Part shown: one piece after another, positions 1-11,198 of the stretch
How positions within the stretch are numbered: the stretch's first letter is position 1
Layout: every line of letters begins with the position of its first letter
NCBI RefSeq assembly: GCF_000143415.4
Contig: NW_003314271.1
Span: 62,001 to 126,000 of the forward strand
DNA: 64,000 nucleotides
DNA from: Selaginella moellendorffii
Taxonomy: Eukaryota > Plantae > Lycopodiophyta
Direction of reading: 5' to 3'
The notes under the pieces: model-generated
Seen by the model: only the letters and a program-made list of their open reading frames with translations
What the model was told of the DNA's origin: nothing
Database searches by the model: none
Translations under genes and position numbers: made by a program

Positions 1-601
1 ATCCTCATCCCACTTCATTGAAAGCTTGAGAGCATGCATAGCATGCTCTGTCTTTGGGACGTCTTGTGCAGGAGTCCAAATCCTCAGTTGAACATCCCTT
101 CCTGAACGCGTTTTAAAAGTATCGTCTCTGGACGTGAGTTGCCCCGCTACCAAGGCAAAGAGGTAGCAAGGCTTTTTGAAAGGATCCTCCCACACAGCAT
201 AATGAAATCCATTCTGACCACAGCACGTCAGGCTCTACACAATGCCAGTGAAGAAACAATGCCAACCTCGAGGTCTCCGGAGTCTATAAGGTTGCCATTC
301 GACAAAAGAACGGGATACTGTGCTTTGTCCGCTTCTATCCTGGTAGTGAACTTTGCCATAACGTCTGGCCGATCCTGTAATAGCTCGCCAGAATATCAGC
401 CAAACATTGTCACAAACAAAGACCTGATAAAAGGTTATTTTTCTAAAACCTTCAGCTTCGCATTGTGTACAAAACATGCCGCTGGAAGACTTGTAGAGCC
501 CCTGTTGGAGAAAAAAAAGTAACCATACTAAAAAACTTGATCCCACTTACTTCGAGAGACAAGTTAGTCTCCGGGTGTATCTCAGAGCCAATCTCTAAAT
601 C

Positions 602-2123
602 AAAAGGCTGAACAGGAAGTGACTCATTCTTCTATTTCACAGCCTCTGCCGTGTGAAGCACTAGACAACCTTTAACTCAACTCAGGTATGACAATGGCGC
701 ACCATAGAAACTCGTTTTGAATTGAAACTCAAAAGTTCCTTAAGACTAAAGGCAAACGATTGCTGGATCTCAGGCCTAGGATTGCCTTGGTAAACTTGGT
801 TTTGAGAAAAAATTAATGCTTTTTGAGATCAAGTCATAACATCAATGCTTTATTAAGGTTCACTTGTTAGAGTTTGTTCTTTTGCAAGAGGTAAAATGAA
901 AGTCTTCAAAAACTGTGTTGGACTTTCGTTGATTTCCGTTGACTTTGAGCTCTCAGGTCAGCTGGTGCATGTTCCCTTTCTTTCTTTTTTTTTTTTGTGT
1001 GAGACTCCTTTGATTTTGCTACAGTGGTAAAAAACTGTCAGGTAGTGTGGTAGGCCATAATTGTTTATGTTTGAGGGATTTGCAAAAGCTTCCCACAATA
1101 TTTGTTTCTCAAGGATATTATCTATCTATTGTTTATAATCTTGTGGTGCCCAACCGGGAAGCACGTGACAAATGAATGCAAGTGTTTGTGAAATTTGCTA
1201 ATATGAAAGAACAAGGATTTACTTTGGCATTGATCAAATTTGCAAGAATAGTTCTTGGATGCTGCCCTTCTAGACATCACCTGCACATATCTGCGAGAAA
1301 GAGCTTCCACTGTTCTAAGAGAATCGTCGTCTGATCAGCAAGACATTTACCTCCACGATTTTCTCTGAGGCTTCTGGGACCAGGATCGCTTCCACGAAAA
1401 CTTCTGCGACCTGATCCACGAGCCACAAGACCTTTTAGATGCATGCTTTCCTGCTAGAGTTTCTTACCTTATTTTGACAATTATGGTTAATCACTAGGAC
1501 TTATACTTACTTTCTCTTATTTTCAATCTACATATCTCTTATTAAATGGATATCTAAAGTCTCACAAGAAAGTATTTCATTTATTCAATCATCAAGGTTA
1601 AAACCATAAGTTCCCATGATGACCCAACATCAAAAAGCATGTAAAATGTTTAGTTAGTAAGACAATAAATTTTACTTTAGTCGAGAAAATAATTCAAAGT
1701 AGTAGTTAATGCCGTCCGCAGGCAAGGATCCTTATCGGCACTGGGCAAGATTAGCTCAAATTTGTTGTCATCCCAGACAATATGAGGCGATCAAGAACAC
1801 GAATCCCTCTAAACGCCCCATCCAAATCGTACTAGAAAATTCGGCCCAGCTCTCTAATTGCAAGTAGCTGGATAAAGAACGATATAATTTCCTCTCTTTA
1901 GTTAGCTAGTGTCTCTCTTGGTGAAAAGCTTAAAAGCCAAATGCCGGCCTGAGCTAAGGTTGACCAAGCCACGATAAGTCGAACACTTGGACTTTCTTAA
2001 GTCACTAGGAAAGACAATAGCACGTCAGAAACGCCCTCCTTATCACATTTGATCCATTCTTCTCCTGAAACGACCTCCTTATCACATCCAGAACCCTGAG
2101 AAAAGGCTGAACAGGAAGTGACT
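602..2123. other. 1,476-bp insertion (625-2100) flanked by a perfect 23-bp direct repeat AAAAGGCTGAACAGGAAGTGACT
   Basis: The repeat lies at 602-624 and 2101-2123. Removing the insert plus one copy restores the APN reading SLPVQPFDLEIG. Confidence 0.9.
627..1470 (+). repeat. Diverged direct copy of ~10609-11431 (last two exons and introns of the NAD(P)-binding gene plus downstream DNA)
   Basis: Colinear match by eye, e.g. CCTTTAACTCAACTCAGGTATGACAATGG and GCATGCTTTCCTGCTAGAGTTTCTTACCTT in both places. The copy carries a premature stop in the last exon. Confidence 0.9.
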
Positions 2124-3124
2124 TCAGCGTCAGATGACGGCTGGTGAGCGCAACTTCTTCCAGCTTCCGTTCTTCGTCGTTGATTTTAACAAAGAGAAGT
2201 TTCACGTCACGACCATCCAACACCAATGGCGGGCTTTCACCTGCATGGCTTCTGGTTAATGACTACCAAGATAGCGAACGAAACAACGAAAGTGAAAAAG
2301 AAAATACTTGAGTTTCTCGGCAAAACCCGGATCTTAAACACCACGGTTGTCTTTTTCTCAGACAACAAATTTCTCGACCTGGATAGAAGGTGGACAAAAC
2401 GAAATCAGCATCCAATTAGTACGGTGCGTTACCGTGTCAAAGTGATAGCCAGTGGGCTTGTAATCCTCCAAAAAGATCTCGTTGGGAGCCTCTTTGACAG
2501 CCATCTCTTCAGCTACAGGAGAAGCTCCAACACTCACTGTGGAGAATTGGCTAGACCCTGCAAAAGCACGCTACAGTTCGACATGCCTTAGTCCGTAAGC
2601 TTCGCGAAAATGGAAAAAAAAAAAACCTTCCGGCAATTTCAATTGGCTTCCGCGCACGCAACCAAGTTCCTACATTTTTTGTTCGAAGATGAGAACCAAA
2701 AACAATGCTTGAAACGAATTTCGAAGACAAGGCAAACGTGGAACTGGGTTTTCAGTACCGAGTGAAGCTCCTTGCCTGCAAAAGAGAGTAGCAAATTCAG
2801 AGGAAGTAAATTGACATGAAAAGGAAGGACCGAGAGAGAACAAAAAATCTGAAGCAAGAAGAAATAAAGCACCGGGAAAGCTCTGGTGGCTAATGACATT
2901 CGCGAGGAGACGGCCAAGACGAAACTGAGCCCTGATCTCTGGTGACGGTGGCCATTTTCTCCTCTAAAACCCCTAAAATCCAAAGACACAACACAGGCAG
3001 CTCCATTCTTTTAGAATGTCTACTGCTCGAGATCATCAAAGCACGAATGCGCTGCGCACAAAATTGCGAAAAACCTCTCGAGCAAATATTATCGCGCGCT
3101 CCTCTTCAACACGCCACTGAGGTA

Positions 3125-3200
3125 TTAAGGATTAAAAGTTACTAAGGACTAAAAGTTACTAAGAGAAGTTACTAAGGATTTAAAATTTACTACTAAGGAT
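3125..3200. repeat. Short degenerate tandem repeat of an AAAGTTACTAAG-like unit
   Basis: About 3-4 imperfect copies visible. Confidence 0.6.
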
Positions 3201-3246
3201 CGATCACCTCATTGATAAGACGATTTGCATTCAAGAAGAGATGGGA

Positions 3247-3970
3247 TTATTTGGGATTATCGATCCACAGCTCATGGGCAAGCTTGACAATCTCCTCCCC
3301 GGCCTTGCAAGGAGAGCCAGCATCGTATGGCGGCTGCGGATCATACTCGATCATCAGCTGCACCGCTTTGGCAATCTTCTCATTCGTGATGATCGAGGCC
3401 AAGTAGATGGCCATGTCGATCCCTGAAGAAACTCCTGCAGCGGTCACGATCTTTCCCTGCTTGATGTACCTCTGGCTCGTCACCTTGGCACCATATTCCT
3501 TAAGCTGCGGATACGCGGCCCAGTGCGTCGTGGCTTTCACGCCCTTGAGCAATCCCGCCGCGCCGAGGATCAGAGCTCCAGTGCACACTGAAGTGGTGAA
3601 TGTTGTGCATTCGTGAGCCTGGAAGATCGACACAAGAACAAGCAGGGCTGGATCGATCGAAATGGATGAAGAAACGAGCAATTACCTTGCGGATGTAGTC
3701 GAGGAGTGGCTTGTGATCTAACGGCAGGAGCTTGGTAGGGCCTCCTGGAACGAGCAGAATGTCAGGATTGGGCAGATCTTCAAAGCCGGAGCTTGCTTCA
3801 ATCTTGAATGTGCCTTCGTCTGCAACAACGAGGCCCGGCTTGTCGCTCACGAAGGTAACACTCACTCCCGGGAGGCGATGGAGCGCTTCGTACGGCCCAA
3901 TTGCATCCAACACAGTGATGTTGTTGAAGATTGGAATGGCTACCTTGATTGTCGATACCATTGGCTCCAT
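3247..3970 (-). CDS. Single-domain DJ-1/PfpI protein, isocyanide (isonitrile) hydratase-like, 218 aa, 2 exons (3686-3970, 3247-3618)
   Basis: Motifs LDAIGP, LLVPGG, TSVCTGALILGAAGLL, ATTHW, TAAGVSSGIDM and QLMIEYDPQPPYDAGSP. A 67-nt GT-AG intron at 3619-3685 keeps the frame. Confidence 0.9.
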
Positions 3971-4309
3971 GCTCAGTGTTGCTGATTCTTGAGCTGCTGA
4001 GATCGGTATTTATCCTCTGCTCACGCTGAACCATCCCACGGGACCCATGTTTTCCACGTGTTTTCGTTCTAACATAAACAAGTTGAAAGCAACACAATAA
4101 CAGCTGTTACAAAATAGTTATATGCAAATCAAAGTGGCGATTTGTATATTTCATAAAATACAATCATATCTACTTTTATATAAGTAAAAGACAACGTAAA
4201 TATGAACATTAATATTAACTAACTTTAAACACTAACTAGTTTAGTCCTGACCATGGCTAAAACCTCCTGAAATGCCAGCTATGACTTGCTAGAGTCAGGA
4301 TGGCCAAGC

Positions 4310-5190
4310 CCAGTCTCCAAGGAACTTTGTTCTGTTTTGCAGGAAAGACCTTTGTAGAGTTTCTTCAGTGATAGTGTGAAGTACTAGACATCCTTTTAAC
4401 TCAGACAATGACCAGTTCTCACTGAGTGGTGTAGATGAAGCCGACGTGATAGCCATTGGGATAAAACAGGCAATGCAGGCCCTCAAAGCAAGCTACATTG
4501 TCAAAATATATATTATCTATCACACAAGAAGTAATACTTTATAATAAATTAATCCATTGCCAACTTGTCGTCAAACTCATCTAGAAGGCAGTAAAAAAAG
4601 AGTTGATGATTGATTGCAAGTGTATTGCCTTCTGTGACTTTCCTTCTTGTTATTTTGCCCCTCCACCACCTTTTTTATGCCTACCAGTTACTCTGTTGAC
4701 GTGGCATACTTGCCAACTGATGTAATTTGGGGCTTTCTGGGTATTGTTTGCAGCTGGGACAAATGGCAGCTTCAGCCTTATCACCATAGCAAATGCCACC
4801 AATGGCAATTGACATGTAATCCAAGGTAAATCCCTAAAAAAAAAAAATTAAATTTAAAGAAGAAAAACAAAAAGAAAACTTACCATCCAAAAATGGCCCA
4901 GAATTGGTAGAAACTGGATATTTAGTTTCATCTGTTAATATACTTGTGTGTCCGTTAGGTAAGAGGAAAAGGTTACCTCAGGGAAGTTTATTATAAAGCT
5001 CAAGACAAATATAAAGCTTACATTTCTACCTGTTCATTAGATATTCTCCATGCTCTTTATTTAGGTATGGATATGTAGTCTTACGTCAAAATTCATCCAA
5101 TTTAGAACTACACACCTGAGAGAATTCTTGGAGATGATCTGGTTTTCATCACTGGAAAAAGTGTTCACAGCGAATTTAAGAGACGACAGC
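4310..5190 (+). repeat. Left arm of a decayed inverted duplication (partner ~9575-10745)
   Basis: Colinear reverse-complement blocks: CAAGGAACTTTG, GTGATAGCCATTGGGA, AAGGCAGTAAAAAAAGAGT, AAAAGAAAACTTACCATCCAA, AAATATAAAGCTTACATTTCT, AGATGATCTGGTTTTCATCACTGGAAAA. Confidence 0.8.
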
Positions 5191-5371
5191 CAGTAAAGAT
5201 GCAGCGACCAGTACTTCCAGCAATGGCCTCTTGCCAGTCTGGTTCACCAAAAAAAAAAAAACAATTGCTCAGATTCCGCTTTCTCGACCTCCCGAAACAC
5301 AAGCACAATCCTGACCAGCCCCGAAATAACCTGGAAAGTCCAGCGATGGGCTGGTTCACGGCCGTGCTGGG

Positions 5372-5439
5372 ACCGCCTCGTACTTCCTGAGCTCTGGCTC
5401 AAAGATGACGGATCTCTTCTTGAGCACTCCCAAAGGCAC
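5372..5439 (-). pseudogene. Isolated fragment of an LSD1-like (LDL/FLD) flavin amine oxidase
   Basis: Reads VPLGVLKKRSVIFEPELRKYEAV, resembling the conserved VPLGVLK..SI.F.PELP.RK motif. No flanking homology. Confidence 0.6.
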
Positions 5440-5719
5440 TCCATCCAGTTTTTGTTAATGCGATCGGCAAAGGATCTTCACACACAACCTCGTCTGCCCA
5501 CACAACATATGCTTGTTTACGAATTTCTGCCAAACGTCCCGGAGGACATGGAAGTTCCGTTTTGGTACAGCTCTCTGGGTATATCTCCACCAGGTTCTTT
5601 AACTTGTAGTTTCTCTCTTAGCTGGCGGGATCGTTCTGCGTCTACTCTGGCAGTGATGCTGGCTGCCGGAAGACCATCCTTGTCACTGTTGAGAACTTGC
5701 ATGAGTTCAGATGGAGGTG

Positions 5720-7270
5720 ATTCACCACCTCCATCTGAACGAAAACGTTTGAGCTGCTTGCCCGTTTGATTTTCCGCAAGAGATTTGAAAACCTCGAGTT
5801 TTTCCAGAGCTTGTGATTTTGATGCCAGACAGAAAACAAAGGTTTTTCTGCTGTGATCATCAATGAAACTCATGAAAAACCATGAACCTCATGGGGAGAG
5901 GGCCCCAAATGTCACTATGAACAAGTTCTAGTATTTCAGAGCCGCGTCGTGCTCCTCGCTTTGGAAAAGGAAGCTTGTGTTGTTTCCCGAGCTGGCAACC
6001 ATCGCAAAAGGAGAGTTTTGCAGTGGTTGTGAAGGGAATCAAGGCCTTCGACAAGTTCGTGAGCTGAGCAATGCGCTGTGTGGTCGCATGGCCGAAACGG
6101 CGATGCCACAGCTCAAGCTCGTCCAGGGTAGAAGCCATGAACGTGAGGAACTGATGAGGGCGTTCAACCACTTCAGCAGCTCATTGGCTCCATACAAAGC
6201 TTGTATAGACCTTCCCAGCTGTCGAGGCCAGCAAATCCTAAGTCACCCGCGGGAGTGAGCAAAGTGCATCCAGATTTGCCAAAACGAATGTCAAATCCAG
6301 ATTCAGTGAGTTGGCCGACAGAGAGCAAGTTCGCACTTAGTGTTGAAACAAGGTATACATCATGAATCGTGGTGCTAAAACCACTCTCAAGTTTGAGCAA
6401 GATGGTACCTCGACCAGTGATCTGGAGCTGTCTTCCATCCCCTACTGCAACTATGGCTGGTGGATCAACATCTTGGAGCGTCTTGAACCACTGAGCGTCG
6501 TGCGTCAAGTGATCCGTCGCTCCTGAATCAAAGAAAAACGTTTCTTGATTTTTAAATGCAATATAGAGTGAACGTACTGAGACAAAAGCTGTTGCATCAG
6601 CTTGATGAACCATCAATGCCTTAGCCTTCGTCTTCGGTCATTTCTCTGGGTATTTGAACCAACAGTTGTGTTCAGCATGATTTGTTTTCTTGCAATGTGG
6701 GCAGGGGTTGAATTTTCTGGTTGTGCTGGAAGAACTCCCATTGGAACGTGACAGTTTCTTCTTGCTTGGCCGAGCTATGGTATTGTCGGAAGAAGTCTCA
6801 CTCTTTTCCATCGTTTTTCGTTGCAAGGCAGTGTTGTGTAACGCTGTCGTGACTTCTCGCCAGGAAATTTGACCACTGGGGACTGTGGGTTGAAGTGACT
6901 GGATGGTTGCGTCGAAGGAGGAGGGGAGCGAGCTGAGGAGACTCATATTCCTCAGCTTCATCCATCTGTGCGCCCACAGCAACTAGCAACATGTGTGGCA
7001 AGGTCATTGGCCTCAGACATTCCCATGAAGTAGAGCTTCTGGCAAAGATGCACATGATTAGTGGGTGTATGAATTGCTGTAAGGGTTGCCCACACATCAC
7101 ATGCTTTTGTGCAACGTGATATTGCTCAAAAGTCTTGTGTGTGTAAGGCTTGGAAAACCTTGCCAAGGGCTTTGCAATTAAATGCAGCTTATTTGTCCTG
7201 TTCATCTTGGGGAGGGTCAAGGTCTCTAATGGTCATGTCCCACAGCCTTTGTTCATCCAAGTAATATTTG
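5720..7270 (-). mobile_element. Ty1/copia retrotransposon remnant (gag, protease, N-terminal integrase), frameshifted and truncated
   Basis: Gag LLSSLPSSF and zinc knuckle CPHCKKTNHAEHNC; protease FFDSGATDHLT; GAG-pre-integrase LWHRRFGH...CDGCQLGK; integrase LELVHSDIWGP, FIDDHSRKTFV, RFRSDGGGE. No RT or RNase H follows. Confidence 0.9.
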
Positions 7271-8139
7271 ATGTGACTGTAAAGGGTTCTAAATGCATAG
7301 TAGAAATAATGGATAAGTTGGGCATAGCTAATCAATTTAAAGCATAGTTTAAATTTAGCTTACATTTGGCTTAAGTTTAACTCCAAGTTTCATACAATGT
7401 TAGTTGATAGGGTACTTATATTTTATATTAATATGTTAAAATAATGTCAAACTCCATTTAGTTCTATTTTGCATATTGGTCATAATATTAAGATGCTAAA
7501 ACTTTTAAGACTGTTCAATGTCATTTTGTGCTCCTATTTATCCTTTTGCTCCTTGGGCTAAATATTCAAGAGAAGATTTGTGTTTTGGTTCCTTCACTTC
7601 TTGATTGCAAGCTTAAGAGTTTAGCTCCATTTATTCATTCAATGGCCCAAACTCAGATTCTGCTCTATTGTTATTGGACACATACATAAAAGGTTTAAAT
7701 TTCATTTTGTGGTTATCTTATAGTAAATCTATAAGTGTTTCCAAATATTGAAATCAATAGTTCTGAATTTTGGAGGTGTTGTATCAGCTGTGACAGCAAG
7801 AGAGGGGAAAGAGGAGAATTCATTGCCTTGGAAGGCACACTAAGTCCATTCAGATTCCAGTTTGTAACCCTAACTAACCGAGCAATCAATCTAATTCACC
7901 TTGTCTTGCTGCATGCTGATGCATCCTATACTGGTCTCTCTGTCCCTTTTTGGATCATACCCCTCTGATACCTCAATTGAGATTGAATTGTCGAGATTAG
8001 AATTCACAACTTATTAGAGGATTACGCTCCAAGATGACAAGGAGACTATGGCGTGCTCATGCTCACAAGGTGAATTAGCACAAAGAGATTAATCACCTTT
8101 GTCTGGGATAGGCTTGGTGTAAGGAACTAACTTCCGAGG

Positions 8140-9490
8140 TGTCATAGGCTAAAGGATCCCCGAAAGCATGACCAAAATGACAAAGAGTTCATCGGATGGG
8201 AAGTCCAAGACCAACTCTGAGACCAAGTTCGAGATACAGTCCGGAATCGAGTCCGAAGCCGATTCGGAGACCGAGTTTGAGACGGAGTCTGAGATCTGAG
8301 AATTGGGTTCGAGACTGATCCGAAGTCTAGTCCGAAGTTGAGTCCGAGATCGGGTCCGAGATTGAGTCCGAGATCGGGTCCGAGATCGAGTCCGAGATCG
8401 AGTCCGAGACTGAATCCAAAGTCGGGTCCGAGATCGAGTCCGAGATCGAGCCCGAGACCAAGTCCAAGTACTAATACGGGTCAAGGGGTGAAAGCCCAAA
8501 GTGTGTGTCTCCCAGGGGGGGGGGGGGGGGGGGGAACCCCTCCCCCTCTCCAAAGGGAAACCCATTGGGGGGCTCCCCGCTCATGGGGGGGGGGGCCCCC
8601 CTTGAGGACCTTGGGGCCCATTGGGCTTTGCCCTTTCTAGGGGCTTGGGCCTTCCTTTCGGGATGGAAGTGGGGGGGTAGAGGTACTTATACCAAGCCAT
8701 TAGGCCACGGTGTTTCGCCCCAGTGTCCCGAAGCAAGTGTTGCACCCAAGACTTGGGATTTAGAGGGTCCCATGATTAAGTTTTATGGTACCAAGGGATG
8801 TTAGGAACCTGGAGGCTTGGTGTGCTTGGCTGTTTGTGCTTGTGGGGAGTGTAGCCAAACCTTAAGTCCAGTCTAACCCGGGGAAGGGGATTGGGAGAGA
8901 TTTGGGAATTGGTGGATGGATGGCTAACACTCCGTTGCTTGTGCAGTGAGTAGCTGAAACCAAATAAGACCAAGTAGGAGCTGGTACCATAAGCAGGAAC
9001 TTTGGCGGGGGAATTTAGCAAAAGCCAAGGCAGTGTTGTATGGGTAGACGAGGTAAATTGGCAAATGGGAAAGGAAAAATTTGTGGCTTACACTTGGGCC
9101 ATGCCAGGAGGGTGCAGCCAAAGATTGGAAGCACAATAAGCAAGTGCAAGAATAACAGTTTGTGTAATGAGTCATCTTTGTATTTTTGAGAGCTGCCGTC
9201 AGTAAGAGACCCCCCACAATGATCAAGTCCAAGCATGCCAACATCATTGCCAGAGTACTGTGGACCTGATCATCGTTTGAGCCAAATGAGTGCAATCTAT
9301 GCCCAGTATGGGAGATTTCTAGGTTTTTCCAAGGATTGTCTAGGGAATCCGGCGGCCGCTCTCCCAGTTTGTTGTGTCTAACTTTCTCTACAAGCTCTCG
9401 TTTTTCTCTCTTTTTCCTTAGGGATTGTCCTGCTGTTTTCTAGGTTTGTTATGTTTGGGGAGGTCGAGAAGGCCAAATCTCAAGGAGACA
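8140..9490. mobile_element. Putative LTR-derived or other repeat element with an internal minisatellite and G/C tracts
   Basis: Starts TGTCAT, non-coding, distinct composition, contains a 12-bp tandem array and long G runs. Boundaries are approximate. Confidence 0.4.
8215..8466 (+). repeat. Minisatellite, unit ~GAGTCCGAGATC (12 bp)
   Basis: Repeated GAGTCCGAGATC/GGGTCCGAGATC units, followed by a 20-G run at 8515-8534. Confidence 0.9.
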
Positions 9491-9574
9491 GCCAAAGATT
9501 CCCCTATCTAACTGTGCAAGCTTGTTTTTTTCTCTCGTCTTTACAAAGTTTGCCGGTGCAGGTCTGTTCTTGAG

Positions 9575-10745
9575 TTTCGTCTCTTAACTCTGCTGTGAAT
9601 GCTTTTCCAGTGATGAAAACCAGATCATCTCTAGGAATTCTCTCAGGTGTGCAATATTCTAAATTGGATGGATTTGATCTTTTCTTGTTTTGCTTTAAAT
9701 AAGGGGTATCGATCGAGTGAAGACTACATATCCATATGTAGCAGTTAAAAAAGTAGACAGAGAGCATGGAGGATATCTAATGGACAGGTTTTGCTATGAA
9801 AGAAATGTAAGCTTTATATTTGTTGGGCTTTGTAATATTGTTTTTCTTTGTGTAATTTCTAAGGACGAAGGGCCTACTTTCCTCAGCCTGAGGATATGCC
9901 CGTGGAAGTAACCTTTCCCCTTTACTTAAAGGGTATGTGCTTGGAAGAGGCACAACAGGCCTATCAATGGAAGAAACCAAATTACGCGTATGTGTATAGA
10001 CTATTAGTTGCTCAACAAGTATACAAAAAAGAATAAGTACCCTTTGCCAAGGATTGAGGACCTGATCTAGTTTCTACCAAATGGTGCCAAAGCAAAATTT
10101 AGTGAAGCAACCAAAAGTGCATTTTAGATCACTGTTGGATGGTAAGTTTTCTTTTTATTTTTCTTTTTTAGTTTTAGTGTTTTTTTTTTAGGAATTCTAC
10201 TTTGGATAGCATCCAAGCTGCAATAAACTACCTACTCTTTTTTTACTGCCTTTCGAACGAGTTTAACGATGGGTTGGCGATAGACTAGTTTATCAGAAGG
10301 TATTCCTTCTTATGTTTACATGTAAAGTAATATTTTTTTGCTTTTGTTGCAGTAAATGCGAAGCCTTTTTTTACAGATCTCAGCTATTATAAATTTAAAA
10401 TGGTAAAGAGAACCTTTTTAATAGATAATATATAAAAGTCTCAATGTTGTAATCACTTTGATGATAACTCACTTTGAGAGCCTGTGTTGCGTTTTTCCCA
10501 ATGGCTATCACCTCAACTTTGCCTTGTCCTGCAAAAGTTAGTGCTGGCTCCAGGAATGTGAACCACTGTGGAACTCCCATGATGGAATCAAGGAGCTCAT
10601 CACTTGCGTTCTTCTGTTTCACAGCCTCCGCCATGTGAAGCACTGGACAACCTTTAACTCAACTCAGGTATGACAATGGTGCACTATGGAACCTTCACTG
10701 AAAGTCTTGAATTGAAACTCAAAGTTCCTTGAGACTAAGGCAACT
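9575..10745 (-). repeat. Right arm of the decayed inverted duplication (partner ~4310-5190); exon/intron-like, unidentified
   Basis: Reverse-complement matches as listed for the left arm. This copy has fewer deletions. Confidence 0.75.
9987..10067 (+). mobile_element. 81-bp Ty3/gypsy reverse transcriptase fragment
   Basis: Translates RMCIDY*LLNKYTKKNKYPLPRIEDLI, matching the gypsy RT motif RMCVDYRxLNxxTxKNKYPLPRIDDL. Confidence 0.85.
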
Positions 10746-11198
10746 GACTGCCCAGGATTGCCTTGGTAAATGTGGTTGTGAGAAAAAATTAATGCTTTCT
10801 GAGATCAAATTATAGTTTAAGCATTAACTTCAATGTTTTACTAAGGTTAACTTGCTAGAGTTAATTCTTTTGCAAGAGGTAAATGAAAGTCTTCAAAAAC
10901 TGCATTGGACTTTGAGCTCTCGGGTCAGCTGGTGCATGTTCCCAAGTTTTATTTTTTTTCTTTGTGAGACTCTGATTTTGCTGCAGTGGAAAGCATAGGA
11001 AATCATCAGGTAGTGCGGTAGGCCATAGGAGGAACGATCTAGTTGTTTATGTTTGAGGGATTTGCAAAAGCTTCCCACAATATTTGTTGCTCAAGGATAT
11101 TATCTACCTATCGTTTATAATCTTGTGGTGCCCAACCTCGAAGCATGTGTTTGTGAAATTTGCTAATACGAAAGAACGAGGATTTACTTTGGCATTGA

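Larger units (their letters stand above)
1..2504 (-). pseudogene. Aminopeptidase N (peptidase M1, puromycin-sensitive type), 5' part, disrupted; continues beyond the window start
   Basis: Spliced exons read MAVKEAPNEIFLEDYKPTGYHFDT / ...KTTVVFKIRVLPRN / ESPPLVLDGRDVKL...SLPVQPF|DLEIGSEIHPETNLSLE / GLYKSSSGMFCTQCEAEGFRKITFYQ / [17 protein letters not shown] / [19 protein letters not shown]...[14 protein letters not shown], a classic M1 APN N-terminus. One exon is split by the insertion at 625-2100. Exon 2308-2378 is 71 nt where 3n+1 is needed (frameshift). Possible transit-peptide exons extend to ~2960. Confidence 0.85.

Noticed and set aside
625-2100. The insertion as a processed retrocopy or Helitron
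   Set aside because: Introns are retained and there is no poly-A. Helitrons make no TSD, and no TC...CTRR termini are seen.
3247-3970. Bacterial contamination as the source of the DJ-1/PfpI gene
   Set aside because: It has a canonical GT-AG intron and is contiguous with plant sequence.
7780-7890. Possible LINE endonuclease start (minus strand RVTNWNLNGL)
   Set aside because: A single short motif followed by stops; insufficient support.
8149-8804. ORFs rich in RSRT/SPRS/Gly
   Set aside because: By-products of the 12-bp minisatellite and G runs.
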